DNA of 63,491 nucleotides, counting the filler, from Dimorphilus gyrociliatus (taxonomy: Eukaryota > Animalia > Annelida): NCBI GenBank assembly GCA_904063045.1. It is 4 parts of 4 records of this genome, joined end to end, with 100 filler letters (N's around TTAATTAATTAA, not from the genome) between each part and the next. Parts side by side here need not be neighbours in the genome. Positions count along the whole stretch, not along the records: positions 25,899 to 48,046 come from CAJFCJ010000259.1; 3 more parts are not named here. One strand, written 5' to 3'. Below are positions 26,602 to 38,144 of the stretch, piece after piece (position 1 is the stretch's first letter; the number at the start of each line of letters is the position of its first letter). The position numbers and the translations under genes were made by a program. A model generated the notes under the pieces. That model saw nothing but the letters and a program-made list of their open reading frames with translations, made no database searches and was not told where the DNA came from.

Positions 26602-26995
26602 GGAGGGGTTGTTGAAAACGCCCACTGTGCTTATTGAAAATGACAGATTTATAAATGATAAATTGCTGAACATTTTTCCAAAAGCTCACCAACACAAATA
26701 TCACCATTTTCAAATTCATCCCAAAATTCATAAATTTTCTTCTTAATAGAATACAGTTATATTATTCTTACGTTTTGGTTCTATATTCATCCTCCCTCAA
26801 TTCTACATCTCTCTTCTGATTCGGTTCTATTTGGACCAGTACTTACCTACAACCTCAGAAGGAAAGTACAATAACTATATTTATAATTAAAGTTCATTAA
26901 TCAAAAACCAGAAATATTAGTTATATACAGTCTTTAAACACCACTGGGTGTTTTAAATAAGCAATAACAAATAAGGGCGTTTTCAACAATATCCC
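26602..26995. mobile_element. MITE-like element with GGGxxxTTGTTGAAAACGCCC TIRs, abutting the Tc1 remnant
   Basis: Perfect 15-bp inverted repeat at 26609-26623 and 26975-26989. No clear TSD. Confidence 0.6.
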
Positions 26996-27380
26996 AATAC
27001 AACTAGTTCTTATCTCAAATCATAATTTGTATGGGAAACAGGGAATGGTTCTAAGAGGAAGGAATTAGCTTTTAGAGTGAAAAATGGCCACAAAATCAAG
27101 CAAACTATGATAATAAAATATCCTGGTATCATTTAAATAATGAATGATTTTAATTGAAGGTAATTTATTAATCTACTGTTATTATTCTTCACTTTTAGTA
27201 AGTTTGTATTTTAAAAATGCAGACACATTCAAGGAAACATTGATAAATTACTGCCAGTGTAATATACCATACTATTCATTTATAGGTATTGTTTAAAATG
27301 TAGTCTTACACAATTTAAGTTATTTTTCACCATCAAATACATAAGAAAAAGTTTAATAGAGATTCTTTTTCTTTTTCCTT

Positions 27381-29440
27381 TTAAGGAGTTACATGACAAA
27401 CTTCAATATACGGATTATAAACTTTTGTTGTTGTTACAGCAAAATATAATTTAGTAATTTCAAAATCATACTCATCACAATTAAATTTATATTTATGATA
27501 GTTGTTTATACTTAATGCCCTATTTTCCAATTTGCAACTTGAAGCTAATTTATCTTTGTTATAGCTATCAAAGAATAATTGAATGAATATGAATTCAGAA
27601 TTTTCTCTGCTGAAATATAGTACTGTTTCCGGTTTTAAATTTCTTGATTTATAGGTTATATTATTCAAATTGGAAACTTCAATTACAGCTGATGTTTCTT
27701 TTATACTTTCACAAGTGGATGTTAAAGAATCCTGTAATTTTTCCCCATAATTAGTCTGACATCTTCCTTTAGAACGCAAAACAACACTTCTGCCAACTGT
27801 TTTGTATTGAAAATAGAATTAATTTAAAAAGAGAAAAATTAATGAATTTACATTTACCTAGATCTGATAATAAAACTTTATGCAATTGGCTATTATTAGT
27901 ATTTTTGAATCTTATTTCAGTTAATTTGTTCACATTTAATTGACCAGTTAATTTAATATCTTTACCATACCTTCTACCTCTGCCAACTGTTACTATACCA
28001 TCTGCTATAGTTACCCAAACATTGGTCCATTTGTTACAAACTAAATGTGATCTTACAGTTGTGTCATAAAATTTAGTTAAATTTTTAGTTTCAATATAAC
28101 TTTGTTGGGTGTTGGATAAAAAAATTTTAAAAGCAAATGAACCGCCATTTTGAAAAGTCACTAGAAAATCACCGCACAAGTTTTTTGAATTTTTTTCAGA
28201 CAATACACTTAAAGTGAATGCTTTGAAACTGTGATGAATGTATGAAGGTAGATAATAAATAGATGTTTTAACTCGTTCAATCAATTTTGGAATTTTAGAA
28301 AGCAAATCTAAAAATCAAAAATATAGTTTTAATTTTTTCACTAAACATCAAATTACAAACCTTTAACAAAAATTTGAATTAATCCAAATCCAACATTATT
28401 TTTTGATGATTCAGCAATTAGAATTGTAATTTCAGATTCTATGAATTCTTTTGTATATTTATAACATTTTTGGTGTTTATTATTTTTTAATTTAATATAT
28501 TTTTTCCTTCCAGAAGACCATTTTGTACGAATTTCTTCAATATGCTTGTTAGAGTATTGCCTAATTTCAGATTGTAAAGAATAGAATCTAAAAAGTATTG
28601 AATATGTCAACAGTTTTTAGGTAATACCTTTGGGTAAGACAATATAATTCTGGCTTTGCAACTATTTCAAAAGAAACCTTAACAAATTGCCCAGGGCAGT
28701 CACCTGCACCACATGAAGCGGTCCATTCCTGATATAACTCTAGGAGTGAACTGGTAAAATCCAATGCCAAAGCGCATTTCCATTTAAATCCTTTTTGACT
28801 GGATACACTACATGTCCACCATTTGAGCTTGAAGCTATATCTGTATAAAATGGTATGGTGCTACTACTATCTTCTGCTGAAGTATCTGTTTTGAAAAACA
28901 GTAAAAAATTTCTTTGTTTATTTGCAATAACAATAAGAAAATACTGACCATTATCATTTGCAAAAATCATTATTGAACCCAAACCAATATTTGTACTTGC
29001 ATCTGTAAGAATTCCTGTAATTCCAATACTTTTCACTGGTGTCCTCATGACTTTTTGTTGTAGGACACACATCATTGATAATTCAATTGGAAATTTAAAC
29101 TGTAATGTTTTGCCAAGAAAATTTACTTCAACTTCCTTTACAGTGTTCAAACCTGTATGAAAACTTTTCCCAAAACACATTTCCTTCATAATATACTCTT
29201 TTTGAAAACTTACTATAAACCTTTCCAAATGACAATTTTGTTTACAAGAACTTATCCAAGAGTTCATACTTTTCCATGGTGGAGAAAGTGATTTTCACAC
29301 TTGAAATTTACTCCTTTTACTAAAGATTTTGTTGTATTACTTGTACAGGCTGAATTCATTGATATATCAGCAATATTGATCAATTCTTCTCTTGGATTAT
29401 GCTTAGTGAATTATTTAGTGCATACAATAAATAATTTTAA
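27381..29440 (-). CDS. Intron-containing host gene with a farnesoic-acid-O-methyltransferase-like (Methyltransf_FA-type) domain; frameshifted
   Basis: CNKWTNVWVTIADGIVTVGRG resembles that domain's C-x2-W-x3-W-x7-VG motif. A GT-AG intron lies near 27800-27860. Apparent 1-nt frameshifts occur near 28770 and 29270. Confidence 0.5.
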
Positions 29441-29504
29441 TCAATTTTTCATTTGAAACATTTCTGAATACATGCTAATTGTTTAAAATTTAACTGTTGT
29501 ATAA

Positions 29505-30439
29505 TGTACACATACATTCGTCAGCTATATTCTACAATAGAGAAGTAGTATTGAACCAGTATTGTACTATGCAGATAGCACTGATAAAGATAAGCAGTAG
29601 TGACCTAGTTTCGCATAGGGCAGTGCATACACATTATGCAGTAATAAAACCTATTGAATTATATAAAGAATATTTGCTATTTGCAACCTAGCATTAATAT
29701 TACAATTTATTAATCCATAAATTTATGATTTCGAACTAAAACTAGTTCAATTAATTATCAATTATGCTTAAATTCTAAGGTTAGATTATATTCACTATTC
29801 AACAGTATTGTATACACAATACTGTTCTTTTTAACATGCATTAATCAGATATACTTCCTCCTTATATGCTGATGCTAAATTTACTAACTCAATCAATTGA
29901 ATATCATTATTAAGGTAGAATATAAAAACGGTCAAATATACAATCTACATGTTTTCTTGATTGTTGGACTTGTCCTACTAAAATTGTTACATCTTATGCA
30001 ACTCTCCAACCTTCGAAATTCAACTATTATTTAGAAGAGGAAAACAATAAAAACATGACCATATTTAGAACTTTTCTTTGTCTTCAAATGTTACTTTTGT
30101 TTTTGTGAACATTGAAATTTGTGAACTATCAACCCTTAAAAGAGTATATAAACCCTACGAAATTAACAGTTGATAGTTCAGTTTTCTAACCGTCAGCTAG
30201 TTGTTTAAACTAGCTTGTTTAGAACTAGAAGCTCATTTTACTCAATACATATTCTTTGGACGAAATACTGGTGTTTTGTTAATCAATTTCTACCGAAATT
30301 GCCTTTGTTAGACTATTTGTGGACGAACTTTAAAGGTTCTATTTGGACCAGTACTTTGGCAAGTTGGTAAATGATTGGAAAGGACGATTACAGTTGTGAC
30401 GAACCAGAAATTCCTACAATTACAATACAACAAAGTACA
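29505..30439 (+). repeat. 5' LTR (TGTAC...GTACA)
   Basis: Direct repeat of 38145-39079 at offset 8640, with 12 substitutions and no indels counted line by line. Confidence 0.95.
30145..30183 (+). promoter_or_regulatory. LTR core promoter (TATA plus initiator)
   Basis: TATATAAA at 30145-30152 and TCAGTT at 30178-30183, about 30-35 nt apart. Confidence 0.6.
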
Positions 30440-32023
30440 AATATGGCGCAGTCGACAGCCCACAATGCTACTTCAATGAATGTTATTTTGGTTTATGAGA
30501 ATGACAAAGCCAGAGCCAAGGAAGTAGATGAGTATCTTTCAAAAATTAATGAATTAATGTTGAGAATTAAAAGTAGTGGAGCCAAAGTTGATGGTAATAG
30601 CTTTTTAAAGTACCATTTGATGACTGGGGCAGCTACAATTCCTGAAGGTATGGTTAATCCTGATCCTACTCAACCAAAATTCAGTTATGATGGCATTCAA
30701 GATAATGCTTTGGAAAAGACAATTGCAAGTCTTCTAATTGATGCTAATGAGAAACCTAATACTACTTTGCTGAGACCCTATTCTGGTAGCAAAGATACTT
30801 GGGCCTTTAAGAGGAACTTTCAAACAGCTTGTGAATTAAACCTTTGGGATACAGAAGAGAAAAGAGTTCGAATGCTGAGAAAATACACTACTGGAAGAGC
30901 CAGAGATGTTATTGAAAGTTTACCCTCCATGGCAAATGAAAATGAAATTTGGGATGCATTGGATGAAGAATTTAATCCAGATCCTATGGCTTACAAAAAA
31001 GAAATTGATAGATTGAGACAGTTCAATGATGAAACTGTCCAAAGTTTTGTTAGAAGAAGTAAAGAACTTGTGGAAAAATTCCTACCATTCAATACTACTG
31101 AAATGGCTTGTGTTACTGAAAGAGTTAGAGAACTTCAACTGTTAACTGTATTCAGGAATGGTCTTAAAGGAAAAATTGTTAATCATGTGGAAAAAGATGG
31201 AAAGATTAACTCAGTTAATCAGTATATTAAATTGGCAAAAAGAGCAGAAATATTTTTTGATAATGCAAGAAAAGAAAGCGAAAATGAATTCAAACAGTAC
31301 AAAAGGAGATTTGACAACAATCAGAGTAACTCAAATCAAAATGAACATACATTTAAACCTTTTTCTCAAAATAGATTTCAACAACAAAGAAATGGAAATG
31401 CAGGAAATAATGAAAAAGGCAGCTTTAACAGACTAATACATGTTGGACCTGATGAACCTAATGAAACTGAAATTTCTAAAGGAAGAATGGCAATATTTAA
31501 TCTCAAAGAAGAGAAAATCGCACATTTTAAGTGTACTTCTTTGGTAAAAGGCAGAAAAGATTTCCAATTTCGAATGAAAAATCATAATGGAAGAGAGATT
31601 ATTGCTTTATGTGATTCAGGAGCACTTTTGTCATTTATTACAGAAAAAGAAATCAGGTTAATGGATTCTAAATTCATCAAGAAAGAAACTACTGGCTTAC
31701 CAATCATCACTTCAGCAGAGGGAAATGCTTTAAAGACAAAAGGAAAAACAAAACTGAATATTCAATTTAATGGAAGAATTATGGAACAAGAATTCTTTAT
31801 TATGGAAAAACTAGATATGGCTATAATACTTGGTTGTGATTTCTTAGAAAATGCTGGAGCTCTTATTGATTTTGCAACAAAACAAGTTTCTCTTCCATTC
31901 TTTATCAGAAAAGGACAACCAGTTAGAAAGTTTTTGCAATATAACGAAAATCACCAAACAAAATTTGGAAAACAAGGCAGTGTAAAAAAAGTAACTGTTT
32001 GGAATGATGGGACAGTATTTTGA
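30371..32023 (+). CDS. Gag plus aspartic protease
   Basis: Retrotransposon-gag-like YSGSKD..F...F...C....W segment and protease IALCDSGALLSFI ... ILGCDFL. Confidence 0.9.
   Translation: MIGKDDYSCDEPEIPTITIQQSTNMAQSTAHNATSMNVILVYENDKARAKEVDEYLSKINELMLRIKSSGAKVDGNSFLKYHLMTGAATIPEGMVNPDPTQPKFSYDGIQDNALEKTIASLLIDANEKPNTTLLRPYSGSKDTWAFKRNFQTACELNLWDTEEKRVRMLRKYTTGRARDVIESLPSMANENEIWDALDEEFNPDPMAYKKEIDRLRQFNDETVQSFVRRSKELVEKFLPFNTTEMACVTERVRELQLLTVFRNGLKGKIVNHVEKDGKINSVNQYIKLAKRAEIFFDNARKESENEFKQYKRRFDNNQSNSNQNEHTFKPFSQNRFQQQRNGNAGNNEKGSFNRLIHVGPDEPNETEISKGRMAIFNLKEEKIAHFKCTSLVKGRKDFQFRMKNHNGREIIALCDSGALLSFITEKEIRLMDSKFIKKETTGLPIITSAEGNALKTKGKTKLNIQFNGRIMEQEFFIMEKLDMAIILGCDFLENAGALIDFATKQVSLPFFIRKGQPVRKFLQYNENHQTKFGKQGSVKKVTVWNDGTVF
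30444..30458 (+). other. Primer-binding site, complementary to a tRNA-Ser-type 3' end
   Basis: TGGCGCAGTCGACAG begins 4 nt after the LTR end. TGGCGCAG-type PBSs are the tRNA-Ser type in Gypsy-group elements. Confidence 0.8.
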
Positions 32024-32720
32024 AGATTCTGACACTCCATCTGAAGTTTTTGATACTCCATCTGAAGTTTCAGATAGTGTGGACTCAGAAATGGAAGTTA
32101 CTGATCCAGATACTGGCTATGATACAAGCAACACTCATGGTTCAAGCATAGTTTATGAGGGATTCAATGGTTTTGATTCAAATAGCAATTATGGCACAGA
32201 TGAAAGTTCCAGTACTTCTGAAAATTATGATACAGAAACAAGTATTGAATCAGATCACAGCCCAGACTCAGATTTGGATATAATCAATGGTACAAGCTCA
32301 TCTGAAGATGAAATTAGTGATTCAACTGATTCTGATCATGGTTCAATGATTGTTATAGACTCATCTGAGGAAGAGCTTGATAACATAACTGAGCCTGATA
32401 ATGATTCAATGATTGTTATAGACTCATCTGAAGAAGAGACCAGTAACACAATTGAGTCTGACAATGATTCCATAATGGTTATAGACTCATCTGATGAAGA
32501 GACTGGAAATATACCTAAGTCTGACAATGACTCAGTTATTCTCATAAATTCCTCTGAAGAAGAAACTGAAGACTTGGCTATGGAAATGGAAATGAAACCA
32601 CAATACATAGAATTAGAAGATGGAATAACTATCAAAGTGCAAAAAGAACAAAAGAAAATCCAGTTACTCCTGAAATAGAAGAATTACAGTTGGAAAGTAT
32701 TGAATTTGAACATTTGTCTA
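32004..32720 (+). CDS. Acidic Ser/Asp/Glu-rich PR-RT linker with a 21-aa tandem repeat
   Basis: 63-bp units start at 32343, 32406, 32469 and 32532. The segment is offset from the gag/pol frame by compensating 1-nt indels near 32020 and 32650. Confidence 0.7.
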
Positions 32721-34461
32721 ATCAAAATGTACACAATATTAATTCAAATACACTAGAAATTGACAATTATTTACATGTGTCCAAAAATAATCTTGACAAG
32801 AACAGAGAAGAATTAAAAGAAATGATAAAGAATTATGAAGATATTATTGCTACAAATCAGAATGACATTGGTTCACCAGATGTTCCACCAATGGCAATTG
32901 AATTATTGGAAGATATAAAGCCTTTCAAACAAAGACCATACAGATTGCCACCAACAAACAGCAGGAATGCAGGGATCAATTAAATGGATTATTGGAAAAT
33001 GGTCTAATTAGAGCAAGCAAAAGCCAATGGGCTTCACCCATTGTTTTTGTGAAAAAGAAAGAAGGAACATTAAGAATGTGTGTGGATTACAGAAAACTTA
33101 ACAAGCAATCAAAAAAGAATTGTTATCCAATCCCACATCAGGAAGATTTATTTGATAAGCTTGGAGGAGGCCACAAATATTTTTCTATATTGGATTTAAC
33201 AAGTGCATTTCATCATATTCCAATTAAAGAAGAAGATAAGGAGAAAACTGCTTTTATTACACCATTTGGTTTATTTGAATTCAACCGCATGCCATTTGGT
33301 TTGGCAAATGCACCTTCACACTTCAGCTATATCATGGCAAATTTTGTTATTAATGGATTGGAAAACTTCTGCATTAATTATATGGATGATATTATAGTTT
33401 TTACCAAAACATTGGAAGAACACTTTGTAGCTCTACAGAAACTTATGGAAAGAATCAAGGAAAAAGACTTCAGAATTAAACTGAGCAAATGTGCATTCTT
33501 ACAAGAATCAGTTCAATTCCTTGGTCATAGAATTACACAGAATGGTATTGAAACTGATCCTGAAAAGATTCAAAAAATAAAAGATGCCAAATTACCTATG
33601 TTTGCAAATACTCTGTTGAGTTTTGTGGCATTTTGTGGTTATTATAGAAGATTTGTTAAAGATTTTGCAAAAATCACAAAACCTTTGAGAGAATTATTAA
33701 AAGTACACCAAAAGACAGAAAAACTGAAATGGACAAAAAAAGCAGAGGAAGCTTATGAAACACTAAGGAATGCAATGACAGAGCCCCCAATCCTTCAACT
33801 GCCAGACTTTACTAAATCATTCTATTTAACAACAGATGCTTCTAATTATGCAGTTGGTGCAGTTCTAGAACAAGAATGGGAAGAAGATGGAAAGAAAATA
33901 AGAAAACCAATTTCTTTTGCTTCCAAGCTCCTAATCAATACACAACTAAGATATGCAGCTTATCAAAAAGAGGCTTTTGCAGTATATTGGGCAGTACAAA
34001 AATTCTCCCATTATCTACAGTATAAGAAATTTTTTCTCTACACTGATCACCAAAATTTGGTACAAACATTTGTACAAAACAAACTGAATACAAGTACTGT
34101 TAAATGGGTGATGGCACTTATGGATATGGATTTTGAAATAATATACATACCAGGAAGAACTAATAGAGCAGACTGGATATCAAGAATTGGTGAAACTGAT
34201 GAAGTAATTGATTTTCGTAATTTACTTAAGGAAAGATTAAATGAAGAAAAACAAAATGGCAATACAGTTCCCCAATTAGCAGAAAGAAAGGATATGCTTA
34301 AATGCTTTTATATTGATACAGAGGACTTAGAAGAATTAGATGATTGTTTAGATGACAATCTAGACAATGATTATGATGAAGACATAACTGAAATCCAAGC
34401 CCAGATTATGAAACTAAAAATCACACCAGTTGAAATAAACTTCTATAGAGAACAAGTTTAG
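32690..34461 (+). CDS. Reverse transcriptase and RNase H (1-nt frameshift near 32958)
   Basis: Motifs QRPYRLP, SQWASPIVFVKKK, RMCVDYRKLN, RMPFGLANAP, YMDD, TDAS and TDH. Confidence 0.95.
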
Positions 34462-35217
34462 ATACTCCACTAATGAAGTTGTAGACAAATTGGAAGGAGA
34501 AAACATTGATAATGGGTCTTTGAATGAATATGGAAACTTTATTGAATCTATGTTTGTAAAAGAAGACCTTGTATGGTATCTAAATGGCTGTCAACCACTA
34601 CTTGTAATTCCACTATCAACTCTAACCAACTTACTTGGACAAATTCATCAACATCAACTATTTGAGCACTATGGTGTAGACATAACAATTCACACTTTGG
34701 AGCAAGCTTTCTGGCACCCAAAGCTAAAGAAAACAATTAAAGATCACATAAAGAGTTGTGAATTTTGTGAGCAATTAAGAGCACCAGGCAACAAACATCT
34801 GTTGGTTGAAACACCTCACCCAACTTTACCAATGCAAAGAATAGCTATGGACATAATGGGACCTCTGACTGGACATGATTCTTACAAGTATATACTTGTC
34901 ATTATAGACCACATGTCCAGATTTACCAACATATTCCCTCTAAAAACTCAAACAGCTGAGGAAATTCTAAACATTGTTTTTCAACTATTTCCCAATATTT
35001 GGTATCCCAGAAGAAATTCTCACAGATCAAGGAAGGAATTTCTTGGGAAATCTTTACAGAAATGGTGACATCAATGGGAATACGAAAAATTAAAACAACA
35101 GCATTCCATAGCCAAAGTAATGGAATGGTAGAAAGAAAGAATTTGGAAATTCGTAGAGCACTACATAAACATGTAGTTATGGAACAATAACAGATTGGGA
35201 CAAGACAGTTACCATTA
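34460..35217 (+). CDS. Integrase (frameshifted; runs into the gap)
   Basis: H-x6-H...C-x2-C zinc finger, AMDIMGPL, ILTDQGRNF (shifted frame) and SNGMVERKN. Confidence 0.9.
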
Positions 35218-36155
35218 NNNNNNNNNNNNNNNNNNNNNNNNNNNNNNNNNNNNNNNNNNNNNNNNNNNNNNNNNNNNNNNNNNNNNNNNNNNNNNNNNNN
35301 NNNNNNNNNNNNNNNNNNNNNNNNNNNNNNNNNNNNNNNNNNNNNNNNNNNNNNNNNNNNNNNNNNNNNNNNNNNNNNNNNNNNNNNNNNNNNNNNNNNN
35401 NNNNNNNNNNNNNNNNNNNNNNNNNNNNNNNNNNNNNNNNNNNNNNNNNNNNNNNNNNNNNNNNNNNNNNNNNNNNNNNNNNNNNNNNNNNNNNNNNNNN
35501 NNNNNNNNNNNNNNNNNNNNNNNNNNNNNNNNNNNNNNNNNNNNNNNNNNNNNNNNNNNNNNNNNNNNNNNNNNNNNNNNNNNNNNNNNNNNNNNNNNNN
35601 NNNNNNNNNNNNNNNNNNNNNNNNNNNNNNNNNNNNNNNNNNNNNNNNNNNNNNNNNNNNNNNNNNNNNNNNNNNNNNNNNNNNNNNNNNNNNNNNNNNN
35701 NNNNNNNNNNNNNNNNNNNNNNNNNNNNNNNNNNNNNNNNNNNNNNNNNNNNNNNNNNNNNNNNNNNNNNNNNNNNNNNNNNNNNNNNNNNNNNNNNNNN
35801 NNNNNNNNNNNNNNNNNNNNNNNNNNNNNNNNNNNNNNNNNNNNNNNNNNNNNNNNNNNNNNNNNNNNNNNNNNNNNNNNNNNNNNNNNNNNNNNNNNNN
35901 NNNNNNNNNNNNNNNNNNNNNNNNNNNNNNNNNNNNNNNNNNNNNNNNNNNNNNNNNNNNNNNNNNNNNNNNNNNNNNNNNNNNNNNNNNNNNNNNNNNN
36001 NNNNNNNNNNNNNNNNNNNNNNNNNNNNNNNNNNNNNNNNNNNNNNNNNNNNNNNNNNNNNNNNNNNNNNNNNNNNNNNNNNNNNNNNNNNNNNNNNNNN
36101 NNNNNNNNNNNNNNNNNNNNNNNNNNNNNNNNNNNNNNNNNNNNNNNNNNNNNNA
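35218..36155. other. Scaffold gap (938 N)
   Basis: Run of N without a linker core. Confidence 0.99.
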
Positions 36156-36157
36156 CC

Positions 36158-38130
36158 AAATTACAAATGGCCAAGAACCACAGTGGTGGAAGAATTTACA
36201 ACAATCCTTCAAATTGGCAAGGCTTATTGGAATCCAAGTCAAGATAAAATAACCACAAATTTGGAATATTTAGAAGACTGTTCTATTAAACAAAAATTTT
36301 GTAGAACTTTGGATTCAATCATTATATTTTAATCCAGAAAAAGGCCAAAGTCTTCTAGGCCATGTTTCACCATGGAAAATAGTTTCCCATAATGTGGAAT
36401 GTCTAAAACTTGGAGGATATTTTTCCTGCCCCAACTATGCAATAATGGATTTACCTTACCAAGACAGATATATCAAAGGATATGGTGGTCCTGGTACCAG
36501 AGTATTGGTACCCCAGAAAGAATATGACTTACTTAGAACTGATCTTACAAATTCTAATTATGCTGACAATAAAATAATAGAGGATACAAAATACAAGATC
36601 ATTTCAATAAAGAAGTTAATAGATTGGAGAAATATATTGGAAAGAAATCATCACTAAGAAAGGCCAATGTCACAGAAATACAAGATATTTTAACATATAA
36701 TATTGGTATAGAGATGGTGACAAAACCTACCATATGCTGATAAAAAATCATGCAACACCATTAGTGAGGACTTGGTTTGTCAAAGAAATTATTTCTCCAG
36801 ACATCTGGGATATTCACAACAAATACATACTAAAAATGCTGAAAACAACAAAGCTAAAACCTGCCAGACTAGTAAGATCACAAGATTTTGAATTGGACAA
36901 AAAACCAGTTACTTTCAACCCACTCCCAAACATGAACATTTGGTATCAAAGCCAAAAGATACACAATTTCAAATTCATACAGAAAATGGCAAATATACAC
37001 TTTTACAAAGAAAACCAATAAATCACAAATGGAAGAGGAAACAATTAGAAAACATAGAGATTCCAGAATCACACCAAATAAATATAAAAGATGCTATAAG
37101 AACAGCTGCACTACTAAACAATATTGACAAAAATTTTCAAAATTTACAAACAGTTTTTAAACAAGTTTCACAACTTTTATGCAAAGAATTTATCATGAGA
37201 AACAAGATGATAGCCCTACTTACACCACTATCACCCTCAACTACCAACAATACTTGGATCTAAACATGGAACCCATAGTACATGGTTAGGAGATCTAACA
37301 ACCCTCAATACATGTACAGAATTAAAAACTGTTCAAGTAGTTTGTGACACAACAATTATAACAAAAAATGGATTATGTTCAAAAGAATTTCTGATCAAAT
37401 ATAAAGATCTCCTATTCTCAATTGATCCAATACTTCATCATGCTTACCACATCACAAAAGAAGACATAAGATATGGTACATGTGACCAAACTCAGCATCT
37501 CTTCAAGATCAAGAAAAATCCTTTGGATGCAGAACAAAATCAATATGCCATACATTCTGGCAAGAAGACATTTATCTATTATACAAGGAAAGGATGCAGG
37601 TTCCAAACAGCAGCAGCACAATCAATCAGAATGAAAATCAACAGTCAAATTGAAGAACCAAAACTAGAAGTTGTCAGACTCACAGAATTATTACAACTAG
37701 TATAAAAGAAGATGTGGGCAAGAAACATTATCAGATACAACAAGTTTTGGAATACATACAGGATACTTTGACTAAGCATAGAGAGCATATTAACTTTGCA
37801 AATGATTTAGGAATTGATGCAGCCTTGTCACCAACACAACATCTATTTTCTTCATGGATAAGAAAACCTTTCAAAATACTAATAGACACACTTCTGCCAA
37901 TTATACTCTTGATTGGAATTGGATTCTTCATCTACTTTATTTGGAAGAAAAAACTGAAAAGAGTTCAATTTACCAGACTGTCTAAACTACTGACAAAAAC
38001 AAAAAGATTACCTTCAGCTCCAACAGCTGAATCAGAAGAAATAGAACTGCAAAATTATCCTATGTTCAGAAAAAGTGGTGATAACATAATTGTCACAAGT
38101 CCTAGACCTTTCGTGGAAGCAAGGTCTTAA
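36158..38130 (+). CDS. Envelope glycoprotein, herpes-gB/chuvirus-like class III type; several frameshifts
   Basis: Fragments NYKWPRTT...LEDCSIKQKFC, VSQLLCKEF...LSPSTT, ILGSKHGTHSTWLGDLTTLNTC and NGLCSKEFLIKY, plus the TM LLPIILLIGIGFFIYFIW. The stop overlaps the PPT. Confidence 0.7.
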
Positions 38131-38140
38131 AGGAGTGGGA
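38129..38140 (+). other. Polypurine tract
   Basis: AAAGGAGTGGGA ends 4 nt before the 3' LTR. Confidence 0.85.
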
Positions 38141-38144
38141 TGTT

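Noticed and set aside
26416-26637. Plus-strand 73-aa ORF
   Set aside because: It is the antisense shadow of the Tc1 transposase fragment. Similar antisense shadows occur at 18523, 32336, 40788, 45935, 46800 and 57209.
29497-29691. 64-aa ORF repeated at 38140
   Set aside because: It recurs only because it lies in the LTR, and there is no independent sign of coding.
32010-32030. Programmed gag-pol ribosomal frameshift
   Set aside because: The shift lies after the protease, is compensated near 32650, and is one of many similar 1-nt indels. No clear slippery heptamer with a downstream structure was seen.
34923-36247. ORFs of 319-439 aa in the track
   Set aside because: They consist almost entirely of N-gap translation.
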